DNA of 64,000 nt, taken from positions 4,096,001 to 4,160,000 of the forward strand of contig OZ242195.1 of assembly GCA_965205975.1 (NCBI GenBank), written 5' to 3'. Position numbers and translations under genes: made by a program. Positions 9,563 to 17,991 of the stretch are shown piece after piece (the stretch's first letter is position 1; the number at the start of each line of letters is the position of its first letter). The notes beneath the pieces are model-generated. The model saw only the letters and a list, made by a program, of their open reading frames with translations. It ran no database searches and was not told where the DNA came from. The stretch is from Candidatus Latescibacterota bacterium. GTDB lineage: Bacteria > Latescibacterota > UBA2968.

Positions 9563-10137
9563 TAGCCGACCTTGTCATCGCGATTATCAGCCAGAGCATT
9601 CAGATCTTTGGTTATTTTTATATCGATGAGATTTCGCTTGAACAATTCCGTTGGAAATTGTATGGCATCCAAATACTCAACACGAACTTTATCCTCTGGA
9701 TATGGTCGCTGTTATATGTCGTGTTCCACATGTTTGACATAACCAAACGCGGAGAACGCGAAAAATGGGAATTGCAAACAGCGGTTCAAGAAGCCGAATT
9801 GATGGCACTAAAAGCCCAGATAAATCCCCATTTTCTCTTTAACAGCCTCAACAATATCCGTGCACTGGTCATTGAAAACCCCGCACGAGCACGCGACATG
9901 ATCTCAAAACTATCTGAACTATTCCGATACGCACTACAGGTCAGCAACACCAGAAGTGTGCTATTGAAAGAGGAATTGGCAATTGCGAAAAACTATCTCC
10001 AACTCGAAGCCACCCAATTGGAAGACAGGTTGCGCTATCAATTTGACATCGCACCGGAAACACGACAAGTCGAAATTCCTCCGATGACCATACAAACTCT
10101 GGTCGAAAATGCTATAACGCCTTGCAAGCGCGATTGA
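9460..10137 (+). pseudogene. LytS-type sensor histidine kinase fragment
   Basis: LKAQINPHFLFNSLNNI and QTLVENAI motifs; stops right after the N-box, so the HATPase domain is missing; N-terminus also missing. Confidence 0.8.
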
Positions 10138-10522
10138 AAAACTACACGCCCAAACGCTTTCTCCTGATGAAGCTGTTGCACCGGCATTGACAGATTCGAG
10201 TCGCGTCTTTGTAAAAGATGGGGACCAGTGCTGGTTTATCAAACTCTCAGATATTCAATTGTTCGAAGTTTCTGGCAATCACACGCGGGTCTATTTTCAA
10301 AAATTCAAACCCCTTATTCCGCGCACCCTCAACCACCTTGAAGAGCGTCTGGACAAACGCATATTTTTTCGCGTCAATCGCCAACAAATTGTCAATTTAC
10401 AGTATATCGAAAAAATTGAGCCCTATTTTCAAGGCAGCCTGAAAGTATTTTTGAAAGGGGGCTATGAAATTGAAATTTCCCGACGTCAGACACAAAAGTT
10501 TCGAGAACGCCTGAGTCTTTAA
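10130..10522 (+). pseudogene. LytTR response regulator fragment lacking the receiver domain
   Basis: RVFVKDG...LEERLD..FFRVNRQQIVNL...ISRRQ LytTR domain; no REC domain upstream. Confidence 0.78.
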
Positions 10523-10565
10523 TCCGCACAATCCAATGTACCAACTGGAAGGAGGTAACGTTATT

Positions 10566-10736
10566 ATGGCAGATTTCGGTGCAGGTATCGCCGTAGGAGT
10601 AGGTGCTGGGAATCAAAGCGCGTACAAGAAACGTGAGAAACAGCTACGCAAAGCGATCTCCGACAACGAGCTTTCTATTCGCGATAAAAATGGGGAGCCG
10701 TTGACAGTCGATGAATTTTTTGAGCTTCTCGACTAA
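10566..10736 (+). CDS. Small hypothetical protein
   Basis: GGAGG RBS upstream; 56-aa ORF MADFGAGIAVGVGAG... Confidence 0.45.
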   Translation: MADFGAGIAVGVGAGNQSAYKKREKQLRKAISDNELSIRDKNGEPLTVDEFFELLD

Positions 10737-10797
10737 AACCATATGGACTTAACCCATTTTAGTGAATATCTCATCTTTTCAGATTAAAAATACGTAT

Positions 10798-10887
10798 TAT
10801 AAACCCTTGTTTTTCCGCTTAAATTGCGGATATTTGTAAATGCGGGCATGCTGATCTCGAAGGGACTTCTGAAAAGTAGTACACAAT
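10798..10887 (+). repeat. ~90-bp conserved leader element, copy 3 (more diverged)
   Basis: CCCTTGTTTTTCCGCTTAAATTGCGGATATTTGTAAATGCGG...ACTTCTGAAAAGTAGTACA. Confidence 0.8.
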
Positions 10888-10901
10888 GGGGGTAATGAAT
10901 T

Positions 10902-11102
10902 ATGAAACTACATGTCGATAAGGAAGCCGACGCACTCTATCTACGCCTTGACGACTCTGCTATTGTCGAGTCAGAAGAGGTCTCGCCGGGCGTGGTGCTC
11001 GATTACAATGCATCAAACGAAGTAGTGGGCGTAGAAATACTCTATCTCTCCAAACGCTCCTCTAATCTGAATCTTTCCGCTCTGCAATTTGAGACAGCTT
11101 GA
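10902..11102 (+). CDS. DUF2283-family protein (putative antitoxin)
   Basis: DKEADALYLRL...ESEEVSPGVVLDY...VVGVEIL pattern. Confidence 0.85.
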   Translation: MKLHVDKEADALYLRLDDSAIVESEEVSPGVVLDYNASNEVVGVEILYLSKRSSNLNLSALQFETA

Positions 11103-11175
11103 TCGTTTCCTACAAGAACTATCATTTTTATTTTTAACATATTCAGCCGCGCACCCTGAAGCCCATGAACGCGAT

Positions 11176-11442
11176 ATGGCAACCGGATCGATAAAGCTGG
11201 AATTTAGCAAACATGCGGTTCTTGCAAGGACAGAACGCATGATCCCTCAGGAGTGGGTCGAACGGGTGGTAGCCGAACCGATGTTGCGTATATCCGACCC
11301 GAATGACCTTGAGGTAGAACGATTTTTTCGAATCATCCCGGAACAGGGTGGCCGCGTGTTGCGCGTAGCCGTGAACACCTCCGTTACGCCCTGGCGGGTG
11401 GTGAGCGTATTCTTTGATCGAAATATGAAAGGCAAACTGTAA
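11176..11442 (+). CDS. DUF4258-family protein (putative toxin)
   Basis: FSKHA...ER.I..EWVERVV..P...GRVLRVAVN...VVSVFFDR. Confidence 0.8.
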   Translation: MATGSIKLEFSKHAVLARTERMIPQEWVERVVAEPMLRISDPNDLEVERFFRIIPEQGGRVLRVAVNTSVTPWRVVSVFFDRNMKGKL

Positions 11443-11481
11443 AACTCCATTGTAATAAATGATAGTCCTACGGCTAACACA

Positions 11482-11519
11482 GCAGGCACATTGTTCTGAT
11501 TTCAATGTGCCTGTTTTTT
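11482..11519 (+). terminator. Rho-independent terminator
   Basis: CAGGCACATTG-N9-CAATGTGCCTG followed by TTTTTT. Confidence 0.8.
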
Positions 11520-11526
11520 ATTTTAA

Positions 11527-11645
11527 GTGTTCATTTTCGGACACTACTGTATCAAAATCGGACACTTATTGAACTGCGCTCATGACACAAATTTTCATAA
11601 CTACTTGTAAAATATAGAGAATAAGTTTTTGGCACAGGAATTGCT
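11527..11645 (+). promoter_or_regulatory. Sigma54 promoter with tandem upstream activator-like sites
   Basis: TGGCAC-AGGAA-TTGCT at 11630-11645; GTGTTCATTTTCGGACAC (11527) and TGTATCAAAATCGGACAC (11548) upstream. Confidence 0.8.
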
Positions 11646-11806
11646 TACTATTTTTATACATTCGCTCTATATGGATGAATGAGTAAAAATAGGGGCTGGA
11701 GATTGATAAGAGGCACACTGACGCAAAACAAAGTTGAATATTGTTCAAAGTATGACTATTTTTCCCATTCAGCTTTCACACCAAACTCTGGATAGAGGAT
11801 TTAAAC

Positions 11807-13165
11807 GTGTCAACACCCGAACGAGATGATGCGCCAAAAAAGAAAGCCGTACCCAGCTTTGTAGGCAGGGGTTCTTCATCGTCCCAACCGTCAACAGACA
11901 CCACGGGCCAGGATGGCATGGACCGCAGGGTCGAAAAAAAAGTATGGACACCAAAGCGCATCGCCAGCATCAGCGGGATCGCCGTATTTGTGTGTGCCGT
12001 GATCTACATGGCGATCTTTGGCGACCACAGCGCCCGGCTCAATGTACAGATCGACCGGATTACCATCTCGGAAGTCACGCGCGGTCCTTTCCAGGAATTT
12101 ACTGTCCAGCGCGGCACCGTATTGCCAATTCAAACATATTATATCGACGCACTGGAAGGCGGACAAATAGAGGAAATCTTCCTGGAAGAAGGAACCATGG
12201 TCGAAAAAGGCATACCCATTTTGAAATTGTCAAACCCCACCCTGGAACAAAATATTTTAACCCAGGAAGCCCGTTTATTTGAACAAATCAACAACATGGA
12301 AAACACCCGGTTGAATCTGGAAAATCGGGCCATTAGCAACCGCCAGGAACTGATGCGCGTTGAATTGAACTTGCGGGAGACAGAACGACAATACGAAAAG
12401 CAGAAAGTTTTGTTCGAACGCGGATTGACTTCCCAAGACCTGTTTGAAAGTGCGCGGGATCGATATCAAAACGATCAAAAACGCAGGTCATTTGCATTGG
12501 AAACAGTACGCCAGGACTCGCTGTATCGCATCAACCAACTCGCTGCACTGGACACGAGTGCCAGGAGTTTGCAACGGCAATTGGAGCATGTGCGCCGTCC
12601 GTTAGAGAACCTGACCGTGCGCGCGCCCATTTCCGGACAATTATCCCAATTAAATGCAGAAATCGGCCAGTTGATGAACAGGGGAAGGCGCATTGGTCAG
12701 GTCGATGTGCTCGACGCCTATAAAATGCGGGTGGGCATCGATGAATTTTACATCACCAGAATCACAAAAGGACTCAAAGGCACCATTGAAATCGACGATG
12801 AAACTTATGAACTAACAATCCGTCGGGTCTTTCCCGAAGTCTTAGAGGGACAATTTGAAGTCGATATGGATTTTGTGGATGCGACACCGCAAAGCATTCG
12901 GCGCGGTCAAACAGAACAGATCCGATTGGAACTCGACGCACCCGAAGAAGCCCTCTTGCTCCCCCGCGGTGGATTTTATCAAACAACAGGCGGCAACTGG
13001 GTATTTGTCATCGAAGGCGACGAAGCCATACGCCGCGAAGTGCGCATAGGCCGCCAAAGCCCCGAATACTTCGAAGTCCTCGCCGGCCTCTCTCCCGGCG
13101 AGCGCGTGGTCACATCGTCTTATGACAATTACGAAGAAATCGACAAGCTGGTTTTAAAGCGGTAA
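11807..13165 (+). CDS. Efflux periplasmic adaptor (HlyD/MacA-like membrane fusion protein)
   Basis: N-terminal TM segment, lipoyl-like halves (EGGQIEEIF, VRAPISG) and a coiled coil; the start may instead be ATG 11918. Confidence 0.88.
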   Translation: MSTPERDDAPKKKAVPSFVGRGSSSSQPSTDTTGQDGMDRRVEKKVWTPKRIASISGIAVFVCAVIYMAIFGDHSARLNVQIDRITISEVTRGPFQEFTVQRGTVLPIQTYYIDALEGGQIEEIFLEEGTMVEKGIPILKLSNPTLEQNILTQEARLFEQINNMENTRLNLENRAISNRQELMRVELNLRETERQYEKQKVLFERGLTSQDLFESARDRYQNDQKRRSFALETVRQDSLYRINQLAALDTSARSLQRQLEHVRRPLENLTVRAPISGQLSQLNAEIGQLMNRGRRIGQVDVLDAYKMRVGIDEFYITRITKGLKGTIEIDDETYELTIRRVFPEVLEGQFEVDMDFVDATPQSIRRGQTEQIRLELDAPEEALLLPRGGFYQTTGGNWVFVIEGDEAIRREVRIGRQSPEYFEVLAGLSPGERVVTSSYDNYEEIDKLVLKR

Positions 13166-13196
13166 ACCAATCGCTTTTTACAAAAGGAGTCTCACA

Positions 13197-13874
13197 ATGA
13201 TCAAAACCGTCAACCTCCAGAAAGTCTATACCACAGAAGAAGTGGAAACAACCGCCCTGAACAATGTCAACATAGACATTGACGAAGGCGAATTCGTCGC
13301 CGTAATGGGACCCTCAGGATGCGGCAAATCCACACTCTTGAACGTACTCGGCCTGCTGGACAACCCGAGCGACGGAGAATACTTTCTAAACGAAGAAGAA
13401 GTATCCAAACACACCGAACGGCAAAGAGCCAACACCCGCAAGTCAAACATCGGCTTTGTATTTCAAAGTTTCAACCTCATCGACGAACTGACCGTCGCCG
13501 AAAACGTGGAACTGCCCCTGTTATATCTGGGCTTACCGGCCAGCGAGCGCAAACAGCGCCTGGATGAATCGCTGGAATACATGGGCATCAAACACCGCGA
13601 AAAGCATTTCCCTCAGCAACTGTCAGGCGGTCAGCAGCAGCGCGTAGCCGTAGCCAGAGCCGTCATAGCAAACCCCAACATCATCCTCGCAGACGAGCCA
13701 ACGGGTAATCTCGACTCGGCAAACGGCAACGAGGTCATGGACCTGTTGACCGAACTGAACAAAAACGGCACCACAATCGTCATGGTAACCCACAACTCGC
13801 ACGACGCGGGCTACGCCCATCGCATCATCCACCTGTTCGACGGTCATGTCGTCACGGAGAACATCAGGGGATAG
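13197..13874 (+). CDS. ABC transporter ATP-binding protein (MacB/LolD-like)
   Basis: GPSGCGKS, LSGGQQQR and [11 protein letters not shown] motifs. Confidence 0.95.
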   Translation: MIKTVNLQKVYTTEEVETTALNNVNIDIDEGEFVAVMGPSGCGKSTLLNVLGLLDNPSDGEYFLNEEEVSKHTERQRANTRKSNIGFVFQSFNLIDELTVAENVELPLLYLGLPASERKQRLDESLEYMGIKHREKHFPQQLSGGQQQRVAVARAVIANPNIILADEPTGNLDSANGNEVMDLLTELNKNGTTIVMVTHNSHDAGYAHRIIHLFDGHVVTENIRG

Positions 13875-13886
13875 CGGAAAAACCAC

Positions 13887-16313
13887 ATGCTCAAAAACTA
13901 TCTCAAAATCGCCATTCGCAACATCGCCAGAAATAAGACATTCTCCGCAATCAACATCATCGGGCTCGCGATTGGAATGGCGTGCTGTGTTCTGATTTTT
14001 TCGACGGTGCATCAACAATGGTCTTTTGATCGGTTTCACAAAAACAGAGATGTGATCTTTCGGGTATTAACGCGGGAAATTACCAGAGAAGGCGAAGTCG
14101 CATTTATGGTATTACAGCCGAAGGAACTCGCAGGCACATTGAAGGACGCATTTCCAGAAATCGTTCATACAACGCGATTTGCCAATTCGTATGTGATTGT
14201 CGGGCGTGAAGACAAGCTGTTTCAAGAACGCATTGCACTAATAGATCCGCCTTATTTGCAGATATTCACCTATCCGCTATTAGCCGGAGATGCAACTGAC
14301 GATTTGCACAGCGTGGTCATCAGCGAGCGCGTGGCGAAAAAATACTTTGGTGAAACAGAAAATTACGCCCGTGTGATAGGCCAATCGCTGCGTATTAAAG
14401 GCGCTCGAGATCCACAAGATTTTGTGGTGACAGGCATTATGAAAGCCTTGCCGTTGACCTCGAGTATGCGTGGAAATGACATTCTCATCCCCTTTGAGAA
14501 TGCATATCGAGATGACACATGGTATTTCAGGACATCGCAGACCCGGAGTGGGAATGTTGTATCGACTTATGTTCAAATCCAGGACGCGAGTCAGGCAACT
14601 GCATTAAATGAAAAACTCGCTTCTTTTACCAGCGAACTTCTGGACAAGCAGCGAAGCAGAAGGATCAAGAGCGGGCGTATTCAAGATCGCGCCGATGCGT
14701 TTCGATTGCAATTGCAAGCACTCGTAGATATTCATTTTCAAAATGAAATGCGCGGAGGATACGCACAAAAGATCAGCCCGATATTTGCTTATATCCTATC
14801 AGCCATTGGTGTGGTGGTGTTGCTGATCGCCTGTATCAATTTTACAACCCTGTCACTGGGACAATCGACGCAGCGGTCACTGGAAGTGGGCATGCGCAAG
14901 GTGTTGGGCGCACATCGCGGTAATTTGATGCGGCAGTTTTGGGGTGAAACCCTGCTGATGAGTTTGCTCGCCCTGATCCTGGGATTGGTACTTGCAGAAT
15001 TGTTTCTACCGGTATTTAACAACCTGATGGGCGGGGCAGTGGCGATTGTGCCGAGTTGGGAATTGGTCGTTGCGTTGATGGGTATTCTCGTATTTGTCGG
15101 ACTCGCCGCAGGCAGTTATCCAGCACTAATACTGTCAAAATTTCAACCCATATCCGTATTTAAGGGCAACACGCGGACAAGACGGCGCAAACCCTTTACA
15201 CGCGCCCTCGTCATCGTACAATATGCCTTGTCGATTGTTTTGATGATCGGCACGGGCATTATGGCGCAACAATTGGATTATTTGCAGTCAAAAAGTTTGG
15301 GATATACCAGCGAACAGGTGGTGGTCCTGGACAAAGCGACGCCGGAAACGCCCCAACGCTTGCGCGATGCCTTACGCGGTCATGATCGCATCGTAAATAT
15401 TGCTGGCGGTGGCTATTCATTTGTAAATAGTCAAGAACAAAGAGGCCATAGATTGCCCAATGGCAAGTCGATCACTATCTGGACCATGTGGATTGATGAA
15501 GCCTATCTGAAAACACTGGGTATTGGCCTGAAGATGGGGCGAAACTTTTCTCCAGAATTTCCGAGCGATCCTCAGCGGGCTGTAATTGTGAACGAGAAGC
15601 TGGTAGATATCTTTGGATGGGATAACCCCATTGGACAACCCTTTCCCGTACTGAACAAAAAAGAGCCGCACCAGGTGGTTGGCGTGGTGAAAAATTTTCA
15701 CTTCGAATCACTTCACAACGAAATCGAGCCAATTGCATTCTATAACTCAATAGGCGACTCGCCAGGGGATCGCGGCCCGAGCGTGATACTCGTGCGTATT
15801 CGTCCAGAAGATGTGAACGGCAGCATTGAGTTGCTGCGAGAAACCTGGAAAAAAATTGCACCCGATCGTCCATTTTCGATCGCATTCCTGGATCAACAGG
15901 TCAACCGGCAATACCACGCAGAGCAACAATGGCTCCAAATCGTCTGGTACGCATCGGGATTTGGCATCTTAATTGCGTGTCTGGGTTTATTTGGCCTCGC
16001 ATCCCTATCTGTGTCGCAGCGCACCAAAGAAATAGGCATCCGCAAAGTATTAGGCGCATCGGTAAGTGAAATCACCGCGCTTCTATCCCGGGAATTTGTA
16101 CTCCTGCTCACCATCGCCAATCTCATTGCCTGGCCCATAGCCTACTGGGCAATGGGCCAGTGGCTCAACAGCTTTGCGTATCGCATTGAACCCGGCATAA
16201 AAATATATCTTCTGTGTAGCCTGTTAGCCGTTGTCATCGCCCTGTGTACCATAAGCCTTCAAGCCATCCGCGCCGCGCGTTCCAATCCCGTTGACGCCCT
16301 GCGGTATGAGTAG
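13887..16313 (+). CDS. MacB/FtsX-family ABC permease
   Basis: MLKNYLKIAIRN start, IACINF, RTKEIGIRKVLGAS and NPVDALRYE. Confidence 0.93.
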   Translation: MLKNYLKIAIRNIARNKTFSAINIIGLAIGMACCVLIFSTVHQQWSFDRFHKNRDVIFRVLTREITREGEVAFMVLQPKELAGTLKDAFPEIVHTTRFANSYVIVGREDKLFQERIALIDPPYLQIFTYPLLAGDATDDLHSVVISERVAKKYFGETENYARVIGQSLRIKGARDPQDFVVTGIMKALPLTSSMRGNDILIPFENAYRDDTWYFRTSQTRSGNVVSTYVQIQDASQATALNEKLASFTSELLDKQRSRRIKSGRIQDRADAFRLQLQALVDIHFQNEMRGGYAQKISPIFAYILSAIGVVVLLIACINFTTLSLGQSTQRSLEVGMRKVLGAHRGNLMRQFWGETLLMSLLALILGLVLAELFLPVFNNLMGGAVAIVPSWELVVALMGILVFVGLAAGSYPALILSKFQPISVFKGNTRTRRRKPFTRALVIVQYALSIVLMIGTGIMAQQLDYLQSKSLGYTSEQVVVLDKATPETPQRLRDALRGHDRIVNIAGGGYSFVNSQEQRGHRLPNGKSITIWTMWIDEAYLKTLGIGLKMGRNFSPEFPSDPQRAVIVNEKLVDIFGWDNPIGQPFPVLNKKEPHQVVGVVKNFHFESLHNEIEPIAFYNSIGDSPGDRGPSVILVRIRPEDVNGSIELLRETWKKIAPDRPFSIAFLDQQVNRQYHAEQQWLQIVWYASGFGILIACLGLFGLASLSVSQRTKEIGIRKVLGASVSEITALLSREFVLLLTIANLIAWPIAYWAMGQWLNSFAYRIEPGIKIYLLCSLLAVVIALCTISLQAIRAARSNPVDALRYE

Positions 16314-16335
16314 GGGCGACCCCCTGTGGTCGCCC
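16310..16335 (+). repeat. GTAG-type REP-like palindrome
   Basis: GTAGGGGCGAC-CCCCTGTG-GTCGCCC overlapping the permease stop codon. Confidence 0.6.
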
Positions 16336-16361
16336 GCTGACCGTTGTTCCGGAGAATCACC

Positions 16362-16619
16362 ATGCCCAAAATCTCTATCAAATTGCCGCCTTTAGACGCC
16401 GAAGACACCGTGGAAGTAACCGTAGTGGTAAACGGCAAAAGCAGAAAATACGATTACCGCATGGAACTATTCGCCTGGGAGGAACACGTCGAACCCCACG
16501 AACAGAGGGTCATGTGTTTGAAACGGATTGTGGAAAACTACGACGAAGACTGGTCGCTCGTAGAAATTGGCGAACCATCCGAACACGAGGTATCTATCCT
16601 GTTCGAACGCCGCGCATAA
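16362..16619 (+). CDS. Small hypothetical protein in the ABC operon
   Basis: GGAG RBS; tightly packed between the permease and the ATPase. Confidence 0.6.
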   Translation: MPKISIKLPPLDAEDTVEVTVVVNGKSRKYDYRMELFAWEEHVEPHEQRVMCLKRIVENYDEDWSLVEIGEPSEHEVSILFERRA

Positions 16620-16629
16620 GGAGACAGAC

Positions 16630-17304
16630 ATGATCGAACTAAAAAACATCGAAAAATACTACGAAAACGGCATCGTAAAAACATTCGTACTGCGGCGCAT
16701 TGATCTACAAATTCGCGAAGGGGAATTTGTATCCATCATGGGACCCTCTGGTGCTGGCAAATCAACCCTATTGCACATCCTGGGCATGCTGGACACCGCC
16801 TCGAATGGAGAGTACCATTTTTACAACCGCGCAGTTCACAAACTGGATGAACGCGCATTGACCGAACTACACCGCGACCACATCGGATTTGTATTTCAAA
16901 GCTACCATCTAATCGACGAACTAACAGTCTCCGAAAATTTGGAAACCCCCCTCTTATATCAAAAAGTAAAAGGTGCCGAGCGCAAAGGCCGCATCGCCGA
17001 AATGCTGGACCGCTTCAACATCGTGGCAAAAAAGCGACTATTCCCCAACCAGTTATCCGGCGGACAACAGCAGTTGGTAGGCATAGCCCGAGCATTGATC
17101 ACACAACCAAAATTGATACTGGCCGACGAGCCAACCGGCAACCTGAACTCGGCAGAAGGCGAGCGGATCATGACCCTGTTCAAACACCTGAATGCCGAAG
17201 GCGTAACCATTGTCCAATGCACGCACTCAGAGAAAAACGCCGCTTACGGAGACCGCATCGTACACCTATCGGACGGATGGTTGGACCGGGACGAGCAGTT
17301 GTAA
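16630..17304 (+). CDS. ABC transporter ATP-binding protein
   Basis: [16 protein letters not shown] and [10 protein letters not shown] motifs; AAGGAG RBS before ATG 16630. Confidence 0.93.
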   Translation: MIELKNIEKYYENGIVKTFVLRRIDLQIREGEFVSIMGPSGAGKSTLLHILGMLDTASNGEYHFYNRAVHKLDERALTELHRDHIGFVFQSYHLIDELTVSENLETPLLYQKVKGAERKGRIAEMLDRFNIVAKKRLFPNQLSGGQQQLVGIARALITQPKLILADEPTGNLNSAEGERIMTLFKHLNAEGVTIVQCTHSEKNAAYGDRIVHLSDGWLDRDEQL

Positions 17305-17357
17305 TCCCTCCAATTAAATTCATCACTCGAACATTTTTAGAGAAAGATGGTGCCAAA

Positions 17358-17954
17358 ATGAAAGAACACGTCGATCCAACACTCGCGAACGAATTGGCCG
17401 AAGGCACGTCAGACAAAAAAATAAATGCCCTGTTCGCCTACATGGAAGCGAGGGGCCAGTCCTACTACGACGAAGTCGTAACGCAACTCGAACACGCGCT
17501 CCAGTGCGCCAATCTGGCCCAGCTCGCCAATGGAGACGCGATTCAGATAACTGCCGCACTATTGCACGATATCGGCCATTTTCTGATGGACGAACACGCA
17601 GAAAACGCAGATTTCCACACCCAGGACTTTCTCCACGAAGAAGTGGGCGCCGCGTACATAGCACCCTTTTTTATCGAGGCGGTGACCGAACCGGTGAAAC
17701 TTCACGTTCCGGCCAAGCGATACATCTGCACCACGGATTCGACCTACTACAACACCCTTTCCGAAGCCTCTAAGCATAGTTTCCAACTGCAAGGAGGCCT
17801 CATGTCAGATCGGGAAAGGACCGAGTTCGAAAGCAATCCTTACTACCAGAATGCCGTGCACCTCAGGAAATGGGATGATCTGGCCAAGGTGAAGAACCTG
17901 GAAACCCCAGAGCTCGAAACGTACAGGGACGCAGTGGCGCATTGTCTGAAGTAA
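17358..17954 (+). CDS. HD-domain diiron oxygenase, PhnZ/TmpB-like
   Basis: QLEHALQCA, LLHDIGH, HEEVGA, LHVPAKRY, SFQLQGG and WDDLAK motifs. Confidence 0.82.
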   Translation: MKEHVDPTLANELAEGTSDKKINALFAYMEARGQSYYDEVVTQLEHALQCANLAQLANGDAIQITAALLHDIGHFLMDEHAENADFHTQDFLHEEVGAAYIAPFFIEAVTEPVKLHVPAKRYICTTDSTYYNTLSEASKHSFQLQGGLMSDRERTEFESNPYYQNAVHLRKWDDLAKVKNLETPELETYRDAVAHCLK

Positions 17955-17991
17955 CTGGTTGCCCGACCAATGCACACATTTAAAAAAAATC

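Noticed and set aside
2168..11500. Integron cassette array
   Set aside because: No integrase, and no convincing attC sites (RYYYAAC...GTTRRRY with paired arms) at gene boundaries.
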